The notes beneath the pieces were generated by a model that was given only the letters and a program-made list of their open reading frames with translations, was not told the DNA's origin and made no database searches. A stretch of DNA of 64,000 nucleotides, taken from the NCBI GenBank assembly GCA_950072105.1, contig CATMOE010000001.1:96001-160000 (forward strand), in the 5' to 3' direction. This document shows positions 1 through 11,158 of the stretch, piece after piece. The translations under genes were made by a program, and so were the position numbers. Origin of the DNA: an uncultured Dehalococcoidia bacterium. Lineage in GTDB: Bacteria > Chloroflexota > Dehalococcoidia > Lucifugimonadales > UBA3495. The stretch's first letter is position 1. Each line of letters opens with the position of its first letter.

Positions 1-3000
1 TATTATCGGCGAACCGTGACAACTCGGAAGCTAGGCCTCGTCCTACGTGAATCAGGGTTTGCCGTGTCTGATGCACCAAATAGGTCAGGGCGACAAATAA
101 GAACAAACCGTGGATGCCCAGGTAACGGTGCAGCGGCGTCCGCCACCTCGTCGGCTCCAATCCAGTTTGGAACGTCTCATAAAACTGGTGAAATGGATAA
201 AAAGCTACTACGCTGAGGGCCAAAACGCCCACGACGAGTACCGCCAAGATAGCTAATCTACGCGGGGCCCGTCCCGGACTGAAGTAGACCGCCAACCCCA
301 AGATCGCCACGGTGAGAAGGACGTATGACGGGTAGTCCCAGCTATTTATCACCCACAACGCCCCCAAAGTCACTGCTAAGGCCGCGCTAGTAGCCCACTT
401 CCAGACCAGGCCACTTTGGCGCAACCCTACCACCATGGCCAATCCCAGGCCGATGACCAGCAAGGTGAAGGGCATCACCATCATGTGAGGGTGCAAGTCG
501 GCGAACAAAAAGGTGAAGAAAGGGAACTCGGTGATATGCCAAGAAACGTCCGGAGACCCGGCGATCTTCTCGGGCACCCAAAACGCTAGAGGCGACGGGT
601 CGAAATTGTCCATCGGGGGAATCATCCGGCTGCTTCGCCAGAAGTCGAAGTCGGGAAAGTTCCGGCAATTTTCCACCAAGGACAGGAAGAGCCCGCCGAT
701 CAAGCCGCGGCATACCAGATATTTGTACCAGATACCCTGAGCGATCTGAACTATGCCGTCCAAGTTACCGATGACCGAAACGAATAATCCCGCCGTCAAA
801 CCCGCGCCGATGGGAGTCCATAAAGAGATACGCCAGAACCGACGGCGAGTCCGAATTCCAGCAACCGTGGGTTCCGCGCCGCCGCATATATTAGATCGGC
901 GCGTACCCTCGGCCAGGTTATAGACCAGGGAATAAGCCCCGGAAAAAGTCAACGCGAAAAACATAGGTACGGCCAAGTTGAAGGCCGTAGACGGGACGAT
1001 GCTGGTCACCCGAATCAATCCGGCCAGCACGAAGTAACCCCAATAGTAGTAGTTCATGTAGCCCCCGGCGTACCACGGGTCGAAGGGGGGCAACGACGTG
1101 GAGCGAACTACCGCGTTGAGATAAGCCAGTTCCATAGGCTTTTCCCCGCCCCGGTAAGGGTGCCAAAGGTCCGGGTTCGCCGCCCTTACCACCACGAACG
1201 CCAGAAAAGCCGCCAGAAAGATGAATTCTCCAGTGAGTGCCAGCCGCCAATGTTGGGCGAAGAACCCTCGAATCTCCCGCCATCGGAAGAACAGGACCAG
1301 CCCCGACAAAGAGGCTAACGCCAGTATCCCCAGGTAGATGGCCGCTCGGGATAATTCGAGCCACCCCAGACTAACCAGGAGCCAGGCCACGTAGCTCGCT
1401 CCCAGCAAACCAACGATACGAGCCAGAACGATTCCCCTGTCGGGCAAGGGCCTGAACAGGAACATGGACAGAGGCAACGCCGCAAGGTATATCAACTCCA
1501 CCACCAACAACCAGGCCAGAACGGGCAGCGCGTTGGTCCAACTTTCCCGGAGGATTATGCTAGACCAAGTACCTCCGCCCTGCTGCACCGCCGCTTCATC
1601 CGCCGTCATCAGCAATCCAACCGGTGGCCTTCGGAAGCCTTCCACGCGGAGCCTTGATAACTCCAGCCTTAACTCACCCTCGCTCATCTTGTATTGGTTG
1701 TGAAATATCAATACCTGGGGATGGTCGTAGCCAACCACGTTATCGTCGGCGTACCCCAGGTCTAGCTTCAGAAGAGCGTCTTGGTCCGGCGCCGTCGGTC
1801 TCGGGGAAGGGAGACCGGCCCTTTTGAACGGATTGTCTTGGAAGGAGATTCCCAACAACCTGGGATGGGAAGTAAATCTTCGGTCCAGCAGATAACCTAA
1901 CTCTCCCTCGAATAGCTTCCGATAGTAGGAATTGCTCAGTGGGTACCGATCCGGGGCACGGGCCACGCTACTGTATGGACGGTTGCTGTAGAAGACCACG
2001 TATTCGGCTTTCGAGAGGCGCTTGGCAAGTTCATTCATCTTTTCCCGGTCGTCCGGTTGGTTGTACACCGGGAACTGCCAAACGTCATAGCCATACAGGT
2101 TGGGAATAAATTCATCCCAGTGGTTATCGCTGACGATCTTTGAACCGTAGGCCACGTTCTGGTTGATCCAACGAGAGGCCGCCACCGCCGGATGGTCGTT
2201 CGCGTAAACCATCTGGAAGGCCAAGGAATAAAATGCGGTGGACACCACCACCAGCCCCAACAATAACCACGCCGCTTTGGTCGACTGGGAACGCAACCAT
2301 TGCATCATCGGGAAATCGATCTGCCTGTTCCTAACGGCCGGTGGCCGGGTCCGGATGTAGGAAAACCGCCGGGCGAAGTCCACCGTCCAAAGGAGCATCC
2401 GGGCGCCCATCAATATAAGAAAAGGCGTCAATGGGAACATATAGCGCTGGAATTTCACCTCGAAGCTCTCGAGAAACAGGAAGGTGGGAATCACCCAAGC
2501 CAATACCAAAAGATCGGCCCGTAGATGGCGTCGCTGGGTCACCACCAAAACGGCGGTGAAGGGGACCGCCAGCCAAGCCACCGCACCCAGGGGCAACCCA
2601 AGTCCCCAAAGGGCAACCTGCCGGATCTGGTAAATGAAAGCCGGAGTGTCGATGTACTGAATGGTAAAGGGAAGGGTGCCGGCCTCACGGGCCATATCGA
2701 CCTGGCTCCCGATTCCGTCAAATAAAGCGTTATAGTCCAGCAAGGCGTAGGGAGCGGACAAGATCAAAACACCAACGGAGATGACACCGGCTAATGCGGC
2801 ATGACCAACAACTGGGATCACCGCACGGGGCGTGATGCGTTTCCAACGGCCGCCAACCGAATCCAGCAAGATGTACAAGTAAGCCAGAGTCAGGGGCAGC
2901 AGAAGCGGCAGAATATTAACCTTTGGCGCCAGGGCCAACCCCACGAAAAGGCCAAGTAGCGCCGAGTCCCGCAGACGCCGGCGTTCCACCATGCGCAACA

Positions 3001-3589
3001 TCGCCCAGAAACTGGCCAAGGTGAACAGCACGGAGAAGGTTTCCGGCCGGTAGAAATGGCTGTTCTGTACGTGTATCACCGCCAAGGCGGCCAGGCCGGC
3101 CGCCAGCAACCCGACACCCAGGCCGTACATCCGGCGGCCCACCAGGAATAACAGGAGCACCGACCCCACGTCGGCCAGAGCGGACAGCGGCCGTCCCACG
3201 TATCGCATATCCAAGGCTGAAATATCGGTGAACAGCTCTATAGCCGACCGAAAGAGAACCATCACGTAGATAAGGATGCTGCCCAAGGGGAACCAGTGGG
3301 GGTTCAGGGGGCTGCGCTCTGCGTCCAGGAAAACGCCGGGGCTGGGAAGGCCGCCTACGGTTTCCGGGTATTGCTGTACATACCCGCACCGGCCATAGCC
3401 CGCCTTTTCGATCAAGACATCGTACATACAACCGGCGCGCATGTAGATATCCCGTTCGTCGGGGTGGAACAGGTTCCCATCGTCCCAGTTGACCCCATGC
3501 AACCGTAGGCCAAGGGCAACCAACAGAATCAGGGCAAGAACCAAGAAGGCCCAGGGTAACCGGCCGGGAAAGTGAAGCCGTGGTGTCAT
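1..3589 (-). CDS. Large membrane protein: N-terminal GT-C (PMT/GT39-like) glycosyltransferase fused to DUF2298 (Chlor_Arch_YYY) domain; runs off the left edge
   Basis: Not in the ORF track (no stop inside window). Manual translation from ATG 3589: MTPRLHFPGRLPWAFLVLALILLVALGLRLHGVNWDDGNLFHPDERDIYM; near 460-540 HITEFPFFTFLFADLHPHMM, matching the motif in the paralog at 41206. Only segments were translated by hand. Confidence 0.85.
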   Translation of the reverse strand, partial: MTPRLHFPGRLPWAFLVLALILLVALGLRLHGVNWDDGNLFHPDERDIYMRAGCMYDVLIEKAGYGRCGYVQQYPETVGGLPSPGVFLDAERSPLNPHWFPLGSILIYVMVLFRSAIELFTDISALDMRYVGRPLSALADVGSVLLLFLVGRRMYGLGVGLLAAGLAALAVIHVQNSHFYRPETFSVLFTLASFWAMLRMVERRRLRDSALLGLFVGLALAPKVNILPLLLPLTLAYLYILLDSVGGRWKRITPRAVIPVVGHAALAGVISVGVLILSAPYALLDYNALFDGIGSQVDMAREAGTLPFTIQYIDTPAFIYQIRQVALWGLGLPLGAVAWLAVPFTAVLVVTQRRHLRADLLVLAWVIPTFLFLESFEVKFQRYMFPLTPFLILMGARMLLWTVDFARRFSYIRTRPPAVRNRQIDFPMMQWLRSQSTKAAWLLLGLVVVSTAFYSLAFQMVYANDHPAVAASRWINQNVAYGSKIVSDNHWDEFIPNLYGYDVWQFPVYNQPDDREKMNELAKRLSKAEYVVFYSNRPYSSVARAPDRYPLSNSYYRKLFEGELGYLLDRRFTSHPRLLGISFQDNPFKRAGLPSPRPTAPDQDALLKLDLGYADDNVVGYDHPQVLIFHNQYKMSEGELRLELSRLRVEGFRRPPVGLLMTADEAAVQQGGGTWSSIILRESWTNALPVLAWLLVVELIYLAALPLSMFLFRPLPDRGIVLARIVGLLGASYVAWLLVSLGWLELSRAAIYLGILALASLSGLVLFFRWREIRGFFAQHWRLALTGEFIFLAAFLAFVVVRAANPDLWHPYRGGEKPMELAYLNAVVRSTSLPPFDPWYAGGYMNYYYWGYFVLAGLIRVTSIVPSTAFNLAVPMFFALTFSGAYSLVYNLAEGTRRSNICGGAEPTVAGIRTRRRFWRISLWTPIGAGLTAGLFVSVIGNLDGIVQIAQGIWYKYLVCRGLIGGLFLSLVENCRNFPDFDFWRSSRMIPPMDNFDPSPLAFWVPEKIAGSPDVSWHITEFPFFTFLFADLHPHMMVMPFTLLVIGLGLAMVVGLRQSGLVWKWATSAALAVTLGALWVINSWDYPSYVLLTVAILGLAVYFSPGRAPRRLAILAVLVVGVLALSVVAFYPFHQFYETFQTGLEPTRWRTPLHRYLGIHGLFLFVALTYLVHQTRQTLIHVGRGLASELSRFADN

Positions 3590-3704
3590 CGCACCTCGCA
3601 CAGCTACACGCTCAGCCAATGACCACTTGTGGATTCATCGAGAAAATAAAAGGCGGCATGGATCGGGCTAGATCAGGCAAAGATGAGCTCCATCGATGGG
3701 TTCG

Positions 3705-3753
3705 CAAAAGGGGCTGGACATTCACCATCTCCGGCGTTGACCAGCCCCTTTGC
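3705..3753 (-). terminator. Stem-loop downstream of gap
   Basis: gcaaaaggggctgg ... ccagcccctttgc inverted repeat with a long loop. Confidence 0.4.
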
Positions 3754-3789
3754 CATTCCCCGTTTAAATATACGATGCGAGAAGGGAGC

Positions 3790-4803
3790 TTAGATGCCTT
3801 TGTCGGCGATCAAAGCGCATAGATCGGCGGTGCGGCAGGAGTAACCCCATTCGTTGTCGTACCAGCCCATGACTTTGACCATACGGCCCTGCATAACCAT
3901 GGTGGAGAGTCCGTCGATGATGCAGCTATGGCTGTTTCCTTTAAAATCGGAGCTGACCAGCGGCTCATCCGAGTATTCCAAAATACCCTTCATCTTCCCA
4001 TCGGCTGCTTCCTGGTAGGCCGCGTTTATCTCGTCCACGGTTACGTCGCGGGACACCGTGGCGACGAAGTCGGTGATCGATCCGGTAATGGTCGGTACCC
4101 GGAACGCTATGCCGTCAAGTTTGCCGTTCAACTCAGGCAGAACCAAGCCCACGGCCCTGGCGGCCCCCGTCGAAGTCGGGATGATGTTGGCGGCGGCGGC
4201 CCTAGCGCGCCGTAAGTCGGAGTGGCGCTGATCCAAGATGGCTTGGTCGTTGGTGTAAGAATGGATGGTGGACATGACGCCGTGTTCCACGCCGAAGGAG
4301 TCGTGCAGCACCTTGACCATAGTGGCGAAGCAATTGGTGGTGCAAGAGGCGTTGGAGACGATCTTATGATTAGCTCCATCGTATAGATGCTCGTTGACAC
4401 CTAATACAATGGTCAGGTCCTCGCCTCGGGCCGGCGCTGAGATAATCACTTTTTTGGCGCCGCCTTCCAAGTGCCCGCCGGCTTTTTCCGCGTCGGTGAA
4501 TAGCCCCGTGGATTCAACCACCAGGTCCACACCCATCTCGGACCAGGGTATCTTCGCCGGGTCTCGCTCAGAGAAGACCCGTATGCTCCGGCCGTCGACT
4601 ACCAAGTCCCCGTTGCTGGCCTCCACGTGGCCGGGATATCCGCCATAGGTTGTGTCGTATTTGAGGAGATGGGCGTTGGTCTTGGCGTCGGTCAGATCGT
4701 TTACCGCCACTATTTCCAACTTGTCCGGATATCTCTCTTTGGTTGCTCGTAGGACCAAGCGTCCGATTCTACCGAATCCGTTGATGCCCACTCGAGTTGT
4801 CAA
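3790..4803 (-). CDS. gap: Type I glyceraldehyde-3-phosphate dehydrogenase
   Basis: [28 protein letters not shown] motifs; TTG start at 4803 preceded by GGAGG. Confidence 0.98.
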   Translation of the reverse strand: MTTRVGINGFGRIGRLVLRATKERYPDKLEIVAVNDLTDAKTNAHLLKYDTTYGGYPGHVEASNGDLVVDGRSIRVFSERDPAKIPWSEMGVDLVVESTGLFTDAEKAGGHLEGGAKKVIISAPARGEDLTIVLGVNEHLYDGANHKIVSNASCTTNCFATMVKVLHDSFGVEHGVMSTIHSYTNDQAILDQRHSDLRRARAAAANIIPTSTGAARAVGLVLPELNGKLDGIAFRVPTITGSITDFVATVSRDVTVDEINAAYQEAADGKMKGILEYSDEPLVSSDFKGNSHSCIIDGLSTMVMQGRMVKVMGWYDNEWGYSCRTADLCALIADKGI

Positions 4804-5118
4804 TTCCCACCTCCACAATCTTGGCAACGGCGCCGGTTATTGAGCCCAGCTGGCCTGCCGGAAACCTGGCACTCATACCCCACAGGATAGCCCGTATATA
4901 ATACCCGCTTATCCATGGGTTGTGAAGTTGGGAACGTGCCTGATATGAGTATGGGTAGAGTCCGGCACTTCACTCCGATATAATCGGTTCGGAAAGCTTG
5001 ATCTGGTCAAGTTTGTCCCAAGTCGTATCATTGAACAGTTGACCAACGAGCTGTTCTAAATCGTGGGATACCCAGATTGATTCTGTAGGCTTATCAATCA
5101 ATAAATCGGAGGTTCGAC

Positions 5119-5988
5119 GTGGCATTACAACAAGTCACCAGCAACATATTCGCGGACACCGGCCGGATGGGTTGTAACTTTGGGTTCCTCACCACTTCCG
5201 ACGGGGTCGTCATGTTCGACAGTCCCCACCGCCCGACCGACGCGATGGAACTGAAGGCGGAGATCGCAAAGAGGGGAGAGCTGCGTTACATCATCAACAC
5301 CGAACCCCACGGCGATCACTGGACCGGGAACGCGTTCTTCGACGTGCCGGTCATCGCCCAGGAAGGTGTGCGGCGCCGCATCCTAGAAACCGACATGGCT
5401 TCGCACATCCAGAGAGTATCCGGCTTCGGACCCGACGAACCCAAATTGATGGAAGGCTACACGCCCAACGCCCCGGTTATCACCTTCAAGAATGGCATGA
5501 CCCTGAACGTTGGCGACCACACAATCGAGATGATTCACATGCCCGGGCATACCGCCTACCAAGCAGCCATATGTATCAAAGAAGAAGGCGTGGTTTGGAC
5601 CAGCGACAACATATTCAACAAGGTCCAGACCTACATCCAGGAGGCGAGCCCAGACGAATGGCTGACGACGATCGCGGCTCTGCGGCGGTTGGACGAGGAA
5701 ATCTTCGTACCGGGCCACGGCCTGTTGTGCGACAAAGGCTATCTGGACGAACAGGGGTCCTATATCCAAGAGTGGAAAGACTATGTTTGGAATGCCGTCG
5801 AGCGCGGAGTAACCAAGGAAGACGCGATCTACAGCCTCACCGACAAGATCGCCCGCTATCCCATGGAGTCCCCTCATCAGGATAACCCGGCGGTGAACCG
5901 GATGAACGTGGCCAACCTCTACGACTTTCTGACCGGAAACTGGAAGCCATCCAACCCCCAGTCCCCGCCACCCCCGGAAAACCGATAA
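5119..5988 (+). CDS. MBL-fold metallo-hydrolase (cyclase/glyoxalase II-like)
   Basis: NTEPHGDHWTGN variant of HxHxDH, PGHT, VPGHG; GGAGG RBS. Confidence 0.88.
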   Translation: MALQQVTSNIFADTGRMGCNFGFLTTSDGVVMFDSPHRPTDAMELKAEIAKRGELRYIINTEPHGDHWTGNAFFDVPVIAQEGVRRRILETDMASHIQRVSGFGPDEPKLMEGYTPNAPVITFKNGMTLNVGDHTIEMIHMPGHTAYQAAICIKEEGVVWTSDNIFNKVQTYIQEASPDEWLTTIAALRRLDEEIFVPGHGLLCDKGYLDEQGSYIQEWKDYVWNAVERGVTKEDAIYSLTDKIARYPMESPHQDNPAVNRMNVANLYDFLTGNWKPSNPQSPPPPENR

Positions 5989-6032
5989 CGGAATCTCTTC
6001 TTCTGTAGCGGGAGAGGGCCGGTGTGAAGACT

Positions 6033-6116
6033 TTCACCCCCACTCTAACTCTCCCCAAAAAGGGGAGAGGACAAATCCCTTCCCCCTCGACGGGGGAAGG
6101 TTAGGATGGGGGTGAT
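6033..6116. repeat. REP-like inverted doublet (CACCCC..CTCTCCC..GGGAGAGG family)
   Basis: ttcacccccactctaactctccccaaaaaggggagagg ... ccttccccctcgacgggggaaggttaggatgggggtga between convergent genes; related unit at 27084. Confidence 0.75.
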
Positions 6117-6174
6117 TCGCTGCTTTGGAATCTCGGCCCCTGGCGGATAAAAATTCCGGTAGACCGCCCGGGTA

Positions 6175-7500
6175 TCAAACCCCCTTGAGATGCCGAAAGG
6201 CGTCACGCCCGGCATACCTGGCCGAGGAACCCAGCTCCTCCTCGATGCGCAGCAACCGGTTGTACTTGGCCACCCGGTCCGACCGTGCGGGCGCGCCGGA
6301 TTTGATCTGCCCAACGTTCCAAGCCACGGCTAGGTCGGCTATGGTAGTGTCCTCGGTCTCTCCTGAGCGATGACTCACCACCGCGCCCCAGCCCGCGTCT
6401 CTGGCCAGGGTCAATGCCTGGAGGGTTTCGGTGAGAGTGCCGATCTGATTGGGCTTCAATAACACCGCATTGGCCGCCCGGCTGTCGATGCCTAGTTGGA
6501 TGCGGCTGGTGTTGGTGACCAACAGGTCGTCGCCCACCAACTGCATGGTCTCCCCCATGCGTTGGCTCAGTTGAGACCAGCCATCCCAGTCATTCTCGTC
6601 CAGCCCGTCTTCGATGCTGATAATGGGATATTCCTTAGCCCAACGGGCGTAGATATCGCCCATCTCTTCCGCGGTAAAACTCGTGCCTTCCCGCTCCAGC
6701 AGGTATTTGCCCAGGCGTTCTTGGAAAAGTTCGGAAGCAGCCACGTCCAGGGCCAGATAGACATCCCGTCCCGGAATATACCCAGCTGTTTCAACCGCCT
6801 TCAGGACCAATTCTAGAGCGTCTTTATTCGAAGGCAGGGTGGGAGCGAATCCCCCTTCATCGCCCACGTTCAGGTTATGTCCACCTTCCCGTAGCAAACC
6901 CCTAAGGGCATGATAGATGTCCGACCCGGCTCGGAGGGCCTCGGCGAAGGTTGATACGCCCACCGGAGCCACCATGAATTCCTGGATATCGGTGGAGTCG
7001 GATGCATGGGCGCCGCCGTTTAGGATGTTGAACATGGGCACCGGCAGGCTTACTTCGCCCCCACCGGCAAGATAGCGCCACAAGGAAACGCCTTCGCCAT
7101 CGTTTTGGACGGCGGCGCCGGCTTTTGCCACGGCCATGGACACGGCAAGGACAGCGTTGACGCCTAAGTTGCTTTTATCAGGGGTGCCATCGAGTTCGAT
7201 GAGACGCTGGTCGATACCTTCCTGGTCCGACGGAGACCGGCCTACCAGGGATGGACCCAGCAGGTGGTCGACGTTCGCCACCGCCTTTAAGACCCCGTTG
7301 CCCCGGTAACGGTCCAGGTCCCGGTCCCTCAATTCCCAGGCTTCGTGACTTCCGGTGCTGGCGCCGGAAGGGACCGCCGCGTGAACCGTGACACCATTGG
7401 AGAGGGTAACCTCCGCTTCCACAGTAGGATTGCCTCGTGAATCCAGAACTTCCCTGCCGCGAACGCCGGCGATCGTTGCTCCACCGCCGTGACTCACCAT
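6175..7500 (-). CDS. eno: Enolase (phosphopyruvate hydratase)
   Basis: [50 protein letters not shown]; start uncertain (ATG 7500 or upstream GTG 7557). Confidence 0.97.
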   Translation of the reverse strand: MVSHGGGATIAGVRGREVLDSRGNPTVEAEVTLSNGVTVHAAVPSGASTGSHEAWELRDRDLDRYRGNGVLKAVANVDHLLGPSLVGRSPSDQEGIDQRLIELDGTPDKSNLGVNAVLAVSMAVAKAGAAVQNDGEGVSLWRYLAGGGEVSLPVPMFNILNGGAHASDSTDIQEFMVAPVGVSTFAEALRAGSDIYHALRGLLREGGHNLNVGDEGGFAPTLPSNKDALELVLKAVETAGYIPGRDVYLALDVAASELFQERLGKYLLEREGTSFTAEEMGDIYARWAKEYPIISIEDGLDENDWDGWSQLSQRMGETMQLVGDDLLVTNTSRIQLGIDSRAANAVLLKPNQIGTLTETLQALTLARDAGWGAVVSHRSGETEDTTIADLAVAWNVGQIKSGAPARSDRVAKYNRLLRIEEELGSSARYAGRDAFRHLKGV

Positions 7501-7599
7501 GGGATTGCCGTCGGGGGGGAAATAGCCAAATAGGTCATGATCTGTCTCACCCTCCACCCACCAATATCGGTTCGGAACAGATATATCTTACGACGAGCC

Positions 7600-8088
7600 T
7601 TAAACGAACCGTGCCTCCGCCGCCGCGATCGCCTTCTCCACGGCGTCCACCGGGTCAGACGCTTGAATCATGGCTTTGTCCACCGGCTGGCCGTCCCCGT
7701 TTCGGGATAGCGGCCAGGTATTCAGGGCAACCACGGGTATGCCGTCACCCAAAGCGTGTGCAATCTCCGACAGAGTTCCGAAAGCGCCGCCGATGGCGAT
7801 CACGGCATCTCCGGTGTGGACCACAATCACGTTTCGCGAAAAACCCATGGTGGTAACAATCGGAATGTCCACATAGGAGTTGGCGTCCCGGCTTGAACGT
7901 CCCGGTAGTATGCCGATGGTGGTCCCACCCGCCGATTTAGCACCCCGGCAGGCCGCTTCCATGATGCCGCTAAGCCCGCCGCAGACCAGGCCAACACCGC
8001 GATTGGCCAGCTCCCGGCCAACTTCTTCAGCCAATCGAATATGATCAGGATTGGTGGGACTGCTGCCGCCGATGACCGCTATAATCAT
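7600..8088 (-). CDS. TIGR00725 family (LOG/SLOG Rossmann-like) protein
   Basis: IAVIGG, LVCGGLSGIMEAACRGAK, RNVIVV, GGAFGTLSEIA. Confidence 0.88.
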   Translation of the reverse strand: MIIAVIGGSSPTNPDHIRLAEEVGRELANRGVGLVCGGLSGIMEAACRGAKSAGGTTIGILPGRSSRDANSYVDIPIVTTMGFSRNVIVVHTGDAVIAIGGAFGTLSEIAHALGDGIPVVALNTWPLSRNGDGQPVDKAMIQASDPVDAVEKAIAAAEARFV

Positions 8089-8130
8089 TTTTCCAAATCC
8101 ATCTCAGCAACTCTTGCCGCCCGATCGGAA

Positions 8131-9633
8131 CTAAAGACCGGGCAGAATTGCATGGCTGGCCGCGTCAATAACGGCCAAGAATGGCGCCGGGTAAACTCCC
8201 ACCCAGAATACCCCCACCAGGCTAACGCTCTGAACCATGAGGATCAAAGGCGAAGTGGAAACTTCCGGACCGGTGGGGATGTAGACTTCTTCTCCAGCGA
8301 TCGCCTCCGCCACTTCTTCCACGGGGCGGATGTACATCTGTCGAATGACCTGTAAATAATAATACAAGGAGATCAAGCTGCTGAAGATAGCCAATCCGGC
8401 CAACCAGAGTAGTCCTTGGCTGGCCAAAGCGGTGAAGAGGTAGAACTTGATCGTGAACCCGGCGAAGATCGGCATTCCGCCGAGAGAGAACAATCCGATG
8501 GCGATGGTCGCCGCCAAGAATGGCTGTCCATCGGCCAATCCCCTAAAGGCCGAGATGTCTTCCCGTCCGGTCATATTGAAAAAGGAAATCAACCCGGCGA
8601 ACACCAGCATGTTGGTCAGCGAGTAACCCACCAGGTACAGCATCACACCACTGGCCGGGAGTATGGAGTCCGCGGACAACGCCGCCACGCCGGTCAGGAT
8701 TATGCCGACTTGGCCGACGCTTGAGTAAGCCATCAATCGCTTGATGTTGTGCTGCGCCAAGGCGACCAAGTTCCCTGTCAGCATAGTTATCGCCGCCATC
8801 ACCGCTACGACGATCCGCCACTGGTCGGCAGCGGGCAAAAATCCTTCGGAGAACAACCGAAGCACCAGGGCGAAAGCGGCCGCTTTTGAGCCGATGGCCA
8901 GGTATGCGGTCACCGGGAAAGGAGCCCCTTCGTAAACGTCGGGCGCCCACATATGAAACGGTACCGCGGCCAGCTTGAATCCCAGTCCCACCAGAATCAA
9001 GGCCATGCCGACCCACAACGCCGGGCTAACATCGCCGGTATTGGCCAAAGCGGCGCTGATAGAGGCGAACTGGGTCACTCCCAGAGTGCTGTAAACCATG
9101 CTGACGCCGTAGAGCAAAACGGCCGACGAGAACGCTCCGATGATGATGTACTTCAGACCGGCCTCGTTGGACTTGGCCTCGTTCCTAGCGTAGGCCGCCA
9201 GCACATAGAGGCAGAAGCTAAGCAATTCCAGGGAGATGTACGCGGTTAGCAGCTCCCTGGACTGGGCCATCACGTTCATGCCGAGGATGGAAAACAAGAT
9301 CAAACCGTAGAACTCGCCCCGGCTGGTCAGGTTCTTTTCCACGTAGTCCATGGAGCTTAGGATGATGAAGATACCCAGCCCCAGGAAAAATATCTTGAAG
9401 AACAGCGAGAACGCGTCAACGGCCAGTAGACCGCCATACAGAGTCTCGTTTTCACCCCAAAGCATCTTAAGGGAAAGCGCGATCAGTCCCAATAAGCCGG
9501 CGATCGACAACCATCCCAGCAGATTCTTCCGGTTCTGGGGAACGACCAAGTCGACGGCCAATACAAGCAGGGCAAGTCCCGCCAGAGCGAACTCCGGGGT
9601 CAGCAGTTGTAGATTAGCGGTTAAGCCGGGCAT
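8131..9633 (-). CDS. nuoN: NADH-quinone oxidoreductase subunit N
   Basis: SNEAGLKY, GFKLAAVPFHMWAPDVYEGAP, IKRLMAYSS; operon position. Confidence 0.96.
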   Translation of the reverse strand: MPGLTANLQLLTPEFALAGLALLVLAVDLVVPQNRKNLLGWLSIAGLLGLIALSLKMLWGENETLYGGLLAVDAFSLFFKIFFLGLGIFIILSSMDYVEKNLTSRGEFYGLILFSILGMNVMAQSRELLTAYISLELLSFCLYVLAAYARNEAKSNEAGLKYIIIGAFSSAVLLYGVSMVYSTLGVTQFASISAALANTGDVSPALWVGMALILVGLGFKLAAVPFHMWAPDVYEGAPFPVTAYLAIGSKAAAFALVLRLFSEGFLPAADQWRIVVAVMAAITMLTGNLVALAQHNIKRLMAYSSVGQVGIILTGVAALSADSILPASGVMLYLVGYSLTNMLVFAGLISFFNMTGREDISAFRGLADGQPFLAATIAIGLFSLGGMPIFAGFTIKFYLFTALASQGLLWLAGLAIFSSLISLYYYLQVIRQMYIRPVEEVAEAIAGEEVYIPTGPEVSTSPLILMVQSVSLVGVFWVGVYPAPFLAVIDAASHAILPGL

Positions 9634-9639
9634 CTGATC

Positions 9640-11151
9640 CTACACTCCGGGGAGGGCGTCTACGCTGACATTGATGAGCCGCAGCAAGGGCTCGGGCCAG
9701 ACACCCACGAATATAATGATTAATACGAAGGCGCCGCCCACCGCCTTCTCCACGGGACTGGCATCGGTGAGATGCTCCCATCTGGCATCTGACTCCCCCA
9801 AAAACGTGAGGGCCAGCAGCCGCAAGATGTAAACCGCCGTCAACGCCGCGCCGATGACGGCCAGAATCGCCAATGGTAAATAGGTGCGGAAGGCCCCGGT
9901 GAACACCATAAACTCGGCGATGAACCCGCTCAATCCGGGCAGACCCAACGAAGCCAGTCCGGCGATCGCGAAGAAGAAGCCCGTGACCCCCATGCGGCTG
10001 AACAACCCCTTCAGCGCATATATGTCGCGGGTGTGGGTCCGGTCATAGATCGCCCCAACCAAAAGGAACATGAGGGCCGTCATTATCCCGTGGGAGAACA
10101 TCTGGAGCACGGCCCCGCCGACACCGATGCGGTCCAAGGTGGCGATACCCATCAGAACGTAACCCATGTGGCTAACGCTGGAGTAACCGATAATATACTT
10201 GAGGTCAGTTTGGGACATGGCCGACACCGCGCCGTAGAGGACGTTGACCGTGCCCAGCGTGATCAATACGGGCATCCAGTTTTCCGCGCCCTCGGGGACG
10301 ATCACCATGCCAACCCGGATGATGCCGTAAGCCCCTAGTTTCATCAGCACTCCCGCATGCAACATGCTGACCGCCGTGGGCGCTGACACGTGCCCGTCGG
10401 GGGACCAGGTATGGAAGGGCCACATGCCTGCCAGGACGCCGAAACCGACCATGAACAGAGGGAAAACCCAGGTTTGAAACTCCTCGCTAAGCTGGCCTGC
10501 TTCGGCCAACCTGCCCAAGGTCTCCATCGAGAAGGTGGGGAACCCGGATTCGGCCGCCCCCATGTATACCGCCAGGATGCCGATCCAAACCAACACACTA
10601 CCGGCCACGAGGAACAGAAACAACTTCGTCGCCGCGTATTCTTTGGCCCGGAAGAAAGTCCGGAAGTCGGTGGAACTACCCCATACGCCGATGAGTAGGT
10701 ACATCGGCAGCACGGCCAGTTCGTAGAAGAAAAAGAGGAAGAACAGATCCCGCACCGCGAACGTCCCAAAGACACCCGTACCCAATGCCAGCAACAGAAC
10801 GAAGAAGTCCCGAGGCCGGTAGACGATGTTCTGAGAGACCAGCACGCCACCCAACAGAATGATCCCGTTGAGCAAGATCAAAAGAGCGCTTATCCCATCG
10901 ATCCCCAGGGACAGATTGATGTCCAGCGGGGCGGGAAGCCATAGATAGCTGTCCTGGAATTGGAACCCACCCGCTCCATAGTCGTACCGGAGGAAGATAT
11001 ACAGGGAAAGCGCGAAGCACAGTCCGGCGACGACGATGGCGAAGTACCAAACGTCCTTCTGACGGTCGGCCGGCATGAACATAGCCGCGATCGCTCCCGC
11101 CAAGGGAACGAAGATGATCAGCGCCAGAGCTATTTGGTCAAAGTTTTCCAT
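9640..11151 (-). CDS. nuoM: NADH-quinone oxidoreductase subunit M
   Basis: FFFYELAVLPMY, PFHTWSPDGHVSAPT, MLHAGVLMKLGAYG, GLPGLSGFIAE. Confidence 0.96.
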   Translation of the reverse strand: MENFDQIALALIIFVPLAGAIAAMFMPADRQKDVWYFAIVVAGLCFALSLYIFLRYDYGAGGFQFQDSYLWLPAPLDINLSLGIDGISALLILLNGIILLGGVLVSQNIVYRPRDFFVLLLALGTGVFGTFAVRDLFFLFFFYELAVLPMYLLIGVWGSSTDFRTFFRAKEYAATKLFLFLVAGSVLVWIGILAVYMGAAESGFPTFSMETLGRLAEAGQLSEEFQTWVFPLFMVGFGVLAGMWPFHTWSPDGHVSAPTAVSMLHAGVLMKLGAYGIIRVGMVIVPEGAENWMPVLITLGTVNVLYGAVSAMSQTDLKYIIGYSSVSHMGYVLMGIATLDRIGVGGAVLQMFSHGIMTALMFLLVGAIYDRTHTRDIYALKGLFSRMGVTGFFFAIAGLASLGLPGLSGFIAEFMVFTGAFRTYLPLAILAVIGAALTAVYILRLLALTFLGESDARWEHLTDASPVEKAVGGAFVLIIIFVGVWPEPLLRLINVSVDALPGV

Positions 11152-11158
11152 GCTATCC

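Noticed and set aside
7495..7539. 14-codon uORF with good RBS overlapping the eno start
   Set aside because: Could be chance or a start-region indel; no further support from sequence alone.
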